DNA from: a virus | IMG/VR virus record: IMGVR_UViG_3300022074_000012 | Span: 30,872-94,871 of that record | DNA length: 64,000 nucleotides | Reading direction: 5' to 3' (one strand) | Shown here: positions 20,107 through 29,900 of the stretch, piece after piece | Position numbering within the stretch: the stretch's first letter is position 1 | How the letters are laid out: each line of letters opens with the position of its first letter | Notes under the pieces: generated by a model | The model's input: only the letters and a program-made list of their open reading frames with translations | Database searches by the model: none | Told to the model about the DNA's origin: nothing | Made by a program: the position numbers and the translations under genes

Positions 20107-21472
20107 TTTCCATATTATTGGAACAGGTGCTTGTGGTTTTCTGAGAGCATATCAAACTCTTAAGAATCATATACCATTAAAGTATAAAGGAGGTAGAGGT
20201 AAATATCAAAACAGTTTTCAAAACTGGAATGATAATGGATTGATATGGAATATTGAATCATTATCAAAAGAAGAAAGAGTAAGAAGAGTTAGTCAACATA
20301 ATACTACAACTAATATCACTCATTCATATTTAAAATATGTTCCAGAGTTTGTAGGATTAGATCCTAACTTAAAATTTTTATGTTTGAAGGGAGATAAACA
20401 TCATTCTATTTTTAACTTAGCAGTTTCTTGGGGTTATCGTAATCCTTGTTTTGTGAAAGAAAGGAGAATAGGTGCAGGTTTTAATCGTTATACTGTAGAT
20501 GAGTTTCCAAATCATAGTGATTGTGATAATGAGTTTGATGCAACAGAAAAATATTGGGAAGAGTATTATCAGATTGCAGATATCATGCAAGACAATTATC
20601 CGTTTAACTTTTTTATAGTTGATGCAATAAAATTTTTTAGTGATATAGAATATAGAACTGATGTACTATCAAAGGTAGATGTTAATATTGGAGATGAACC
20701 ACTTCTTCCTGTTAATATCAATAACTTGAGTATAAGCACTACATTACATGGTGGCATAGGTAATAACTTACTTCAGATGGGAGAGGTAATATCATTTTGT
20801 AAAAAACATAATCTTACTGAACCATTCTTTGGAACTTGGGATCTATGGGATGGTGGTGGTAAGTATCCTCCACCATATAATGCAGATAGATTTCTTGGAG
20901 GACATGAGGGTGATCATAATACAATTAGAAAAACATTTCCAAATTTAAATTGGAAGGGAGATCTGTCCGCTGACTACGACACTACATTTATTATAAATGA
21001 TATGTTTAGATTCAGTGATTGTGATGAACTTGATTATGTAAGAAAGAAATTATCTATTACAGATAAGACAATGCCAAACACTGTTTCCTTGCATTTGAGA
21101 TATTGTACTCAACCTGTTGATGATCATGTCAATGGATATGTTGATGATACATTTTACATTGAATGCTTTAAACACATACCAGAAGAAGTACATGTCTATA
21201 TCTTTTCTGATGATATTTCAAAATCAAGAGGTAAATTACATTGGTTCCAAAAAAATTTCCCCCAAAAATTTTCATGTGTAGAGTCGGACTCTTTTCAATC
21301 TCTTCAAATGATGGTAGAATGTGAGTATCACATACTTCATGTATCTACGTTTAGTTTTTGGTCTGCATTTCTAGACATAAATCAACCGAATAGTAAAGTA
21401 TTTTATCCTAAGTCCTTTACAGATACACATAGTTCGTTTATGATACCTTATAAAGAATGGCAAATGATTTAA
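20099..21472 (+). CDS. Two-domain protein: sulfotransferase/P-loop-like N-terminus fused to a GT11-like C-terminus
   Basis: N-terminal IIGTGACG; C-terminal GGIGNNLLQ, SLHLR, IFSDD, STFSFWSAFL. Confidence 0.55.
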   Translation: MSSFHIIGTGACGFLRAYQTLKNHIPLKYKGGRGKYQNSFQNWNDNGLIWNIESLSKEERVRRVSQHNTTTNITHSYLKYVPEFVGLDPNLKFLCLKGDKHHSIFNLAVSWGYRNPCFVKERRIGAGFNRYTVDEFPNHSDCDNEFDATEKYWEEYYQIADIMQDNYPFNFFIVDAIKFFSDIEYRTDVLSKVDVNIGDEPLLPVNINNLSISTTLHGGIGNNLLQMGEVISFCKKHNLTEPFFGTWDLWDGGGKYPPPYNADRFLGGHEGDHNTIRKTFPNLNWKGDLSADYDTTFIINDMFRFSDCDELDYVRKKLSITDKTMPNTVSLHLRYCTQPVDDHVNGYVDDTFYIECFKHIPEEVHVYIFSDDISKSRGKLHWFQKNFPQKFSCVESDSFQSLQMMVECEYHILHVSTFSFWSAFLDINQPNSKVFYPKSFTDTHSSFMIPYKEWQMI

Positions 21473-22263
21473 TGGATAAGAATAAATCTGCATTTAAATT
21501 AAAAAATATAGGACCGATATATTATATTAATCTGGATGGTCAACCAGAGAGAAAGGAATATATGGAGGGTCTCTTTAAGTATTGGGAGATCGAAAACTAT
21601 GAGAGAGTGTCAGGATATGATGGTCGTGATGATGATCTAAGTGATATATTAAAAGGTAGATACCCAGAACAGATGACATCAGGTGAAGTTGGTTGTACTA
21701 CATCTCATCTGAAAGCAATCAAGCATTGGTATGAAACATCTGATACACCTTACGCTGTAATTATGGAAGATGACATCGACTTAGATGTTGTCAGGTGTTG
21801 GAATTTTACTTGGAGTAATTTTATAGCAAAGATGCCATACGATTGGGATGTGATTCAACTTGCTATCATATGCACTGGTGGACTTCATGTGACATTACAT
21901 AAAAGATTTGTGAATGATTTTTCAACTGCTTGTTATATTATTAATCGTCATCATGCAGAGAAACTAATAAAATTACATTGTAGAGGAGATAAGTATAAAC
22001 TTGATAATGGTGTGAAACCAAGAGCAGTGGCAGATGATTTAATATACAACTCAGGAAATACCTATGCAGTTCCGATATTTTTATACCGAGTTCAATTAGG
22101 ATCATCCATACACCCAGAGCATGTAGATGCAATACACAAGGCAAGTTATAATGCATTAACCAACTGGTGGACACAATCAGGTATAGATGTAGACATTGAT
22201 AAGTTAATGAATTACGACCCATACCTTGGTCGTGTGACAGAACCTGTACAGAATCAGCAATAA
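21472..22263 (+). CDS. GT25 glycosyltransferase
   Basis: YYINLD...R, GEVGCTTSH, IMEDD, STACYII. Confidence 0.8.
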   Translation: MDKNKSAFKLKNIGPIYYINLDGQPERKEYMEGLFKYWEIENYERVSGYDGRDDDLSDILKGRYPEQMTSGEVGCTTSHLKAIKHWYETSDTPYAVIMEDDIDLDVVRCWNFTWSNFIAKMPYDWDVIQLAIICTGGLHVTLHKRFVNDFSTACYIINRHHAEKLIKLHCRGDKYKLDNGVKPRAVADDLIYNSGNTYAVPIFLYRVQLGSSIHPEHVDAIHKASYNALTNWWTQSGIDVDIDKLMNYDPYLGRVTEPVQNQQ

Positions 22264-22317
22264 TTACCCATATTTTACAAAATATCTGTGAGTCCAGACA
22301 TAGTTTTGTAAAGAAAT

Positions 22318-22346
22318 TTGACAAAATTTAATAATTACTATATAAT
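22318..22346 (+). promoter_or_regulatory. Sigma70 promoter of the hli cluster
   Basis: TTGACA-N17-TATAAT. Confidence 0.85.
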
Positions 22347-22373
22347 TATGTTACGTTTCTTAATAAAACTTAA

Positions 22374-22571
22374 ATGACTGTTACAACTGAATCAGGTGGA
22401 AGACAAAATGCTTTTCCAAATGAAACAAGACCTTATATTGACGAAAGTGCGTCTTATGAGGGATACCCTCAGAACGCTGAGAAAGTTAATGGTCGTTGGG
22501 CTATGATCGGTTTCGTTGCACTTATTGGTGCTTATGCAACTACAGGACAAATTATTCCTGGTATATTCTAA
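22374..22571 (+). CDS. hli: High-light-inducible protein
   Basis: AEKVNGRWAMIGF...TGQIIPGIF. Confidence 0.95.
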   Translation: MTVTTESGGRQNAFPNETRPYIDESASYEGYPQNAEKVNGRWAMIGFVALIGAYATTGQIIPGIF

Positions 22572-22708
22572 TGACATCATCAAAGAAATCAGTTCCAAAT
22601 TATTGGAAAGAAGCAGAGCAAATCAATGGTCGTCTTGCCATGATGGGATTCTTTGCACTCGTAGTTAACTACGGATTTACTGGATGGATCATTCCAGGCA
22701 TTTTTTAA
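22571..22708 (+). CDS. hli: High-light-inducible protein
   Basis: MTSSKKSVPNYWKEAEQINGRLAMMGFF...TGWIIPGIF. Confidence 0.92.
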   Translation: MTSSKKSVPNYWKEAEQINGRLAMMGFFALVVNYGFTGWIIPGIF

Positions 22709-22755
22709 AAATGAAACTTAGGACACAATTCACAATTCAAAAAAGGTACAAACTC

Positions 22756-22863
22756 ATGACACCAGAAGCAGAAAGATTTAACGGTTGGGCAGCTATGCTT
22801 GGCTTCGTTGCAGCAGTAGGAGCATATGCAACAACAGGAAATATCATTCCAGGTATTTTCTAA
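22756..22863 (+). CDS. hli: High-light-inducible protein (35 aa)
   Basis: MTPEAERFNGWAAMLGFVAAVGAYATTGNIIPGIF. Confidence 0.92.
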   Translation: MTPEAERFNGWAAMLGFVAAVGAYATTGNIIPGIF

Positions 22864-22992
22864 ATGAAAAAAGAAATTGAAAAAGAAAAGTTAGTTGCTG
22901 AGAAACTTAACGGAAGATTAGCAATGCTTGGTATCATCGCAGGTTTAGGTGCTTACCTAACCACAGGTCAAATTATACCAGGTTTCGTATAA
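22864..22992 (+). CDS. hli: High-light-inducible protein (42 aa)
   Basis: MKKEIEKEKLVAEKLNGRLAMLGIIAGLGAYLTTGQIIPGFV. Confidence 0.92.
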   Translation: MKKEIEKEKLVAEKLNGRLAMLGIIAGLGAYLTTGQIIPGFV

Positions 22993-23081
22993 TGAAAAGA
23001 CATCCTGTACCATTTAAAGTAGTGCCATACATTTTTATGTTGGCACTAGGTACAAGCACTTTTACTAGTGTTTTTGCCTAA
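22992..23081 (+). CDS. 29-aa hydrophobic microprotein
   Basis: MKRHPVPFKVVPYIFMLALGTSTFTSVFA; TAATG coupling to hli. Confidence 0.55.
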   Translation: MKRHPVPFKVVPYIFMLALGTSTFTSVFA

Positions 23082-23127
23082 AACTTTACAAAACTAAATA
23101 ATATTACCAATTGTAACAATTAACTTA

Positions 23128-23301
23128 ATGATCGATTATCAACTAGCAACAGATTCTTTTCCAATATGGAAAGCAATACTATGGTGTTTCTATCCAATGG
23201 GTGCTCTCGTTGCTATCGAAATGTTTTTTCGTGTAGCTGATGACGATGATGACGATGATGAAGGTGGTGGTGTTATGACTCCTGTATACCAAGGAGCATA
23301 A
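23128..23301 (+). CDS. 57-aa single-TM protein with poly-Asp tail
   Basis: MIDYQLATDSFPIWKAILWCFYPMGALVAIEMFFRVADDDDDDDEGGGVMTPVYQGA. Confidence 0.6.
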   Translation: MIDYQLATDSFPIWKAILWCFYPMGALVAIEMFFRVADDDDDDDEGGGVMTPVYQGA

Positions 23302-23399
23302 TGGATTGGTCACATTCGTATTGGAAATACGCAGAACTTATTAACGGACGCTTAGCAATGATAGGTGTCACCATACTTTTAATCAAATGCCTCAACTAA
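23301..23399 (+). CDS. hli: Short Hli-like protein (32 aa, lacks the TGQIIPG tail)
   Basis: MDWSHSYWKYAELINGRLAMIGVTILLIKCLN; AAGGAG SD upstream. Confidence 0.75.
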   Translation: MDWSHSYWKYAELINGRLAMIGVTILLIKCLN

Positions 23400-23461
23400 C
23401 TTTTATCCTCACTATAGTTGCCTACGTTGCATTTAACGCAGGTCAATTTGTATACTCATGA
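23387..23461 (+). CDS. 24-aa hydrophobic microprotein
   Basis: MPQLTFILTIVAYVAFNAGQFVYS; overlaps both neighbours. Confidence 0.4.
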   Translation: MPQLTFILTIVAYVAFNAGQFVYS

Positions 23462-23574
23462 ATGTTTTACAAACTATACTAACTAATATACCACCAGGAA
23501 CCAGAGATCTAATAGAATTTGGGTTCTTTTTGTCTGTGGGTGTAACCGCAGGATCACTAGGACTATTATCATGA
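23458..23574 (+). CDS. 38-aa hydrophobic microprotein
   Basis: MNVLQTILTNIPPGTRDLIEFGFFLSVGVTAGSLGLLS; ATGA coupling at both ends. Confidence 0.55.
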   Translation: MNVLQTILTNIPPGTRDLIEFGFFLSVGVTAGSLGLLS

Positions 23575-23876
23575 CACAAAGAATTTTAGCGTGGGTGATA
23601 ACCTTCGCATTCCTATTTGGAATCAGTACAACAGCATATGCTATGGATAAGGAACCTGTCATCTGGGTTCAAGTACCACAATGGACAGATGATTGGGCGG
23701 TATGTGCAGTAGATATTCCAGATGCAGCATGTCATTGGTATGTTGCAGAGGCAGATAATACATTCGGAGAAGGATTTGACTGGGAGACAGCACCTTGGTT
23801 CGATGCAAATGGTTTAAATGACGTAGCACCAATACAAAAACTAACAGTCGCACAGAAATTACAAGAGGTAGGATGA
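23571..23876 (+). CDS. Secreted/lumenal Trp-Asp-rich hypothetical protein
   Basis: Signal peptide ending AYA; C-x7-C; multiple Trp residues. Confidence 0.65.
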   Translation: MTQRILAWVITFAFLFGISTTAYAMDKEPVIWVQVPQWTDDWAVCAVDIPDAACHWYVAEADNTFGEGFDWETAPWFDANGLNDVAPIQKLTVAQKLQEVG

Positions 23877-23977
23877 ATCTACCTCAAATGTTTCAAACGT
23901 TCCTTCTCTTCTTTTCGGGAACGATAATAATGACAGGTGTTGTCTTTGTCATGATGTCTGCTATAATGGAAACATAA
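23873..23977 (+). CDS. 34-aa hydrophobic microprotein
   Basis: MNLPQMFQTFLLFFSGTIIMTGVVFVMMSAIMET; GAGG SD, ATGA overlap. Confidence 0.5.
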   Translation: MNLPQMFQTFLLFFSGTIIMTGVVFVMMSAIMET

Positions 23978-23998
23978 ATACTTAAAAGTATTTTTGCA

Positions 23999-26900
23999 AT
24001 GGGAAAGTTTTCCAAAATATTTCATCATATAGAATCAAAAGACCTTAGAAATAAGCACGAGCAGAAGAAGGTCGCTAAGATACAGGAAGAAAAAAAGAAG
24101 AAAGAATTTAAGAAATACCTTGTTTCCACAATGGAAACTAAAAAGTATAATTGGCGGGAGGGGATGACCACCTCTGATGTATCAACTATTAGTGTAGAAA
24201 AATTACCTGGTGATGGTGATGTAATATCTGTTGATACAATTGATAGTGCAAGTTATGAAGGTACAACTGGTATTATTAGTGATGGTGATAATTTAGGTGC
24301 AAATGTAGGTACGGAAATAAGAGATAGTGGAACTGGTAATGGAAGTGATGGTGGTTTCAATGTTGGTGGTCAATATCTTGCATTTCAAGGAACAGGAACT
24401 GGAGATAATAATTCAAGATTTGCATCTTTAAGTCCAATTGATACCTCTCAAGTAGATACTCTCACAATCACTGCGATAGTTGGTAATGACGTTAATGGTG
24501 GAGAAGATCCTGACTTAGCATCAGAATGTTTGTTTGTAATGTATAAAACACCTGCGATGGCAAACGCACAATTTTTACTGTTAAAACCTGATGGTAGTGC
24601 TGGAGAAGGTAGTGGTATCATAATTACTACACCTTTAAGTCACAATGGTGGTTTAAATAATTACTCTATATCAGTTCCAGAGTATGCAAGAGCAGAAGGA
24701 ACTCAATTTGTCTTGCTGCAAAATTTTAATAGTGGTGTAGGATTTGATCATTTTGGTGTAACTAAAATTAATTTTCAAAGAAAAGCACCAATGAATGTGG
24801 TTGTTCCTCTTGATAATCCAGAGGCATCATCATTTATTCGTTCAGCACCACCAAAGTCAACATCAACTCCAAAGAAAAGAAAGAAAGCTGTTGATGATAA
24901 ACTACAAGCATCTGATGATTACACTGGTTCAAGATTTGGAGATGAGTTTCCAGGTAGAGAAGTTAGAGTTGGTGGAGAAGATCCATTTGCATCTGCAAAG
25001 ATTGGAGATGACGTTGAACCATCACCACAAAGTAAAGATGATGTTAAAAAAACATTTGCTGCTTCAAGATTGAAGTCTGCACTTGGTAAACCTGAATCAA
25101 AACCAACAACAAGTCCAGAAGAGAAACTAGCGGATATACTTAAAACAACAATACTTAAACCAAATCAACCTAAGTCAGGAAAAGATTTATCTACATTTAA
25201 GTCTGACGGTGAGAATAAGAAAACAGAAGTGGCAGTTTCAACAGAAGCAAGAAATTCAGTTAAAAATTCTCCAGAAATCAGTGAGATGATAAAAGGAATG
25301 ACTGCTGAACAAAAAAAAGCAGCCATTGAAAAAATGTATCCAGAGAAAGCACAGGAAATTCTTGATACTGCTGATAATAATGTGATTAAATCAGCACTCG
25401 AACAGGGAATATCTGCTACTGTCGTTGATGGTATTGCTGAAATTACACAACCTCTTATAGGTGCAAAAACATCTGCGAATGCTTTTAATGAATATAATGA
25501 TTTTCTTGGAAAAGTTGCTAAAGATCCAAACACACCTGGTGCAACTTATGAAAATCCTGTAAATATGTCAAATCAAATTGAAAAGGCTGATATGAATGAT
25601 CTTACCACCACAATTAATTCTGGTAATTATCAAAGTATCGTTAATTCAATAAGAGCTACTAACGATGAAAATGCTCAGAAAGAATTAAAAAAACAACTTG
25701 AATCAATGATCAGTGATACTATAGGTAATAACTTTGGATTAGATAATTTTATGCATAATAATGTAAAAGTAAATCTACCTCATCTTCTTGAAACTGGAAA
25801 AACAAAACTTACTAAAGGATATAAGTTTACAACAGGTGGAAGTATTGAGGGGATTGAAACTGCAACATCATGGGATGATGGATGGTTTTATGGAGCTAAG
25901 TTAATCTCTGATGCTCTTGGATTAGAATATGATACTTTAGGAACAGGTAAAGTTCCTTTCCCACAAACTTTTAATGTGGGTGGTATTGATTTTGCACCTG
26001 GAAATATAATTAATATTCCTGTTTGGACAGCAACAACTTTTGGTCCTGCAATAATCGCAAAACTTGGTCTAACAAATACGAAAAATTTTGATAATTCATC
26101 TTATAAATCTCCTATGATGTTTTATGAAGTTGATGTGCCAGGTAAATATTCTGTTGATTCAAAAGGAAACACAATACAAAGTGCAAAACCATCAGCAGCT
26201 GAACAGATTAAAAAAACTGTAAGTAATGTTCTCAATCAAGGAAAAGAAGTTGTATCTAACTTATTTTCGTTTGGTGCTGAAGATGAGAATGCACCACAAA
26301 GAGAAGATTTTCCAATGGGAAGATCTGGTGCTAAAAAATACAGTGATGCCATGAAATTATATAATGCAGCCAAATCTGTTAGTGATTCATCCGAAGCATC
26401 TGGTATTGATAGTACAGAATATGGTATGGACCCTGCTAGATATTGGGAGACATTACCATTTCCACCTCTTTCAGATGAAAACGCAGCACTCATAGCTGCT
26501 GCAAAGTCAGGTGGTGATGCAGAAATGGATGCATTGGCAAAAGCACATGCAGAAATGATGAAACAGGAAATCATAGCAATGCAAAAAGCTGAGGCAGGAG
26601 GAGCATCCCCTGAATCTTTGATGGCTTTGTCTGTAAAGCAGTATGAAAAAAGAAAACCTTTAGAAGATGCATTGGAGATAGATTCACCAGTTCCTCCTAT
26701 GCCTAGTGAACCAATAGAACCTGACAGAGATGATTTTCCAAATACAATCTCTGGTGATAAACAATATCAAGATGCAAAGAAAGCATTTGATGCAAAACAA
26801 GCAAGTAAAGAGATATCTGAATTAAGTAATGAGGATGCACAAAATAGAGTGTTTGAAATTTATGATGAAGATTCTGATTTATTCAATCAATTATATGATC

Positions 26901-29900
26901 CATTATATGAAAATGATCCTATTTACAAAGAATACATGGGCATATATGATCAGATGGAAAAAAATGCAACACCAGAGGGTCAAGAACTTTTGAAACAACA
27001 ATATGAAGCACTTGAGTTTACTCTTCAAGGTTATGCTTCTAAATTTGTTGATACTGTTCTAGTACAACCAGGTGGAATAAATCCCTTTGGTTATGAAAAT
27101 ACATCAAATCAAGCAGTAACTTATGCAGGTAAAAAAGATGCACCTGCAGGAGTTTACTTTTGGGGTATGACAGATAGAGAACAATTTGAAATGGCTGGTG
27201 TTGATTTAGCAAAGTATGATGAAGCAGAAGCATTCGTAGAACCATATGAAATTGGAAATCTGTTTGGGTTTGTTGAGTCACAACCTGATTACATAGAGGC
27301 ACAAGCAGAAGATGATAGAACAATGGCAATTTATCAAGCTTCTAGTAATATATCAAATTCCGCTTGGGCATCATATGAAGCTCACGCAGACAAATATGCT
27401 GGAAGAGAATTTATTTTACCTCTTGAACAGGCAGAATATGATCGTGTGACAAAACGTGCAGAGGAACTTTATAAAACATATGAAGAGGCAGAGAATAAAT
27501 CATATGATGATATGATGACAATGTTAGATGCAAGTAGAAAGAGATCTGATATCTTTACCAAATATACAAATAAGATAGATGATTCATTCGACATCTTGAA
27601 TGGTGCAAAAGAAAAAAGAAATGAATATTGGGATAATTACGAACAAGAATTAAAATCAAAAATGGATGTGATTTTATCAAAAATTAATGGTGATTATGAT
27701 TATAATGAAGATTTAAGAGCTCTCGATCCACAAATTGAGGAACTGTTTAATCGTATTAATAAGCAATTCTTAAATCTTTATAATAATCTTGATGATATCT
27801 TAGCAGAACCAGAAGAAGGTCCTGAATTTGATCCATTTAAAGATGAACTCAAACCTGGTTTGGGTGCAGAGGATGGTGACGAACTTGCTTTGTTTGGTAA
27901 AAAACCACCTAATCCAGGTGAGAAACAAGGTCGTGCTACACATATTAATATCATCAATTGGTGGCAGAGTGGTGGAATGATGGGTAAGAAACCTGAAGGT
28001 TGGTCAGATCAGGATATTCAGAATTACATAAACAAATTTTATTTAAATAAATCATCATCAAAACCACAAGCATCATCAGATCCAAGAGCTGCATTTGCAG
28101 GAACTGGTGATGACGCAGCTACTTTTGCCTTTGATGGTACAGAACTTGCAAGTACATTTGATTTAATGAAGAGTGGTCAAGTTCCATATATGACAAAAGA
28201 TCAAATTGATAAAATATTAGTAAATCCAAAATTTCAAAAACTTCTTCAAGATGATCCAGATTTATTACCCATATTACAAAGAATGAGAGCAGGTAGATCA
28301 AGTAATGTTCAAGTTGCTCACTTTGTTCCAAGAGGTGATAACTTATCTGAAGTAATGTTGGTAAAGAAAACTAAGTTACAAAGACCAAAACAATTTTTCA
28401 AAGAACCAAATCAATTCTTTAATGTAAATGACATTAAACCTGAGTTCCCAGAGAACCCACCACCTAAGTTAGATCCGAATACAGGTATGCATCCTGAGTA
28501 TGGTAAGAAGGCAAAACGTTATGGTAAATTAGATCCAATCAGTGCTAACTCCATGCCTCCTACTGGTGATCCAGAGATAGATGCAGTGGTCAAAAAGCAG
28601 AAGACAAATGAATCTAAATTGTTTGAAAAACTTAAAAATAAATCTTTCTTTAATCAAGATGATATTAAACCAGAGTTTCCAGAGAACCCACCACCAAAAT
28701 TAGATTCTAAAACTGGTATGCATCCTCAGTATGGTAAGAAAGCAAATCGTTTTACAAAACTTGATCCAATTAGTGCTGATTCAATGCCACTAACTGGTGA
28801 TCCAGAGACAGACGCAATTGTAAAGAAACAAAAAAATAAAAAGAATTTTAAAGAGTGGTCACAACAACTTGATAGTATGTGGAAATCTGATTGGAAAAAT
28901 GAACTTAAAGAACAAATGACCACTTCTGATACTTTTATAACGATAATACCAGGTCAAGGTGATGTTGATTTAAACACTACTGGATTAGGTTACACTGAAG
29001 ACGGTATTCATCAACTTCAAAATATTGAGCCGATGACTAACGTTGATGATCCAACTAATGCTGGTAAAAAATTTGGAAGAACTCATGGTTATGGTGGTAA
29101 CACATATGGTGCTATAAACCAGTATGATACTCAAGCTAAAGCAGATGCAGGAATAGAGGGAACATATTGGGATCAAGCTGTTATTGGAGATTTACTCGAT
29201 GATAATAGTAATGTTCGATTATCTGACTATGTTTGGCCTTTTGATCGTGGTGCAACTCAGGCAGAATCTGATGCTGCTAGAGCTGCTTCAAAAGTTAGAG
29301 GACAGAATGATTGTTTCAGAGCAGTCTATCCAACAAATACTTTTGGAAATAGGCATAAAGCAACTCCAGTAATAACAAATACAACTGTCGGCACTGATGA
29401 TGATTATAATACGGCAGGTTTAAGTATTCAATTTGGCGCTGGAGCAGATACTAGAGCTCCCAAATTTTTTGTTCCAAACCCTGTGAATACATCAGAGATT
29501 GATACGGTACAGATTTTGGCATCCTTACCAGATTCAGACAGTATTACTTCAGCAGGAAGTCAATTGCAATTGTTTTACTGGTCAGGTGATAAACCAGGTT
29601 TCCAATCATTATATCCAGAAACCAGTGGTGGTTATCCATTTACAAAAAATCAAAACGATGGTTGGAGACCAATCGCCATGAAACCAAATGGTGAGACAGA
29701 TAGTTCTGTAAGTAGTAATCTTATTGATATAATAAAACCTGCAGACTACTTGGGTCATGGAGTGATAAATAAATTTTCTATCAAAATTCCTGAGTGGTGT
29801 AGAACAACAAGCACACGATTTATGTATGTTCAGTTAAACGGGAGTGGGAGTCGTGATAGATTACGAATATATTCAATAGGATATCAAAGAAGAAATGGAA

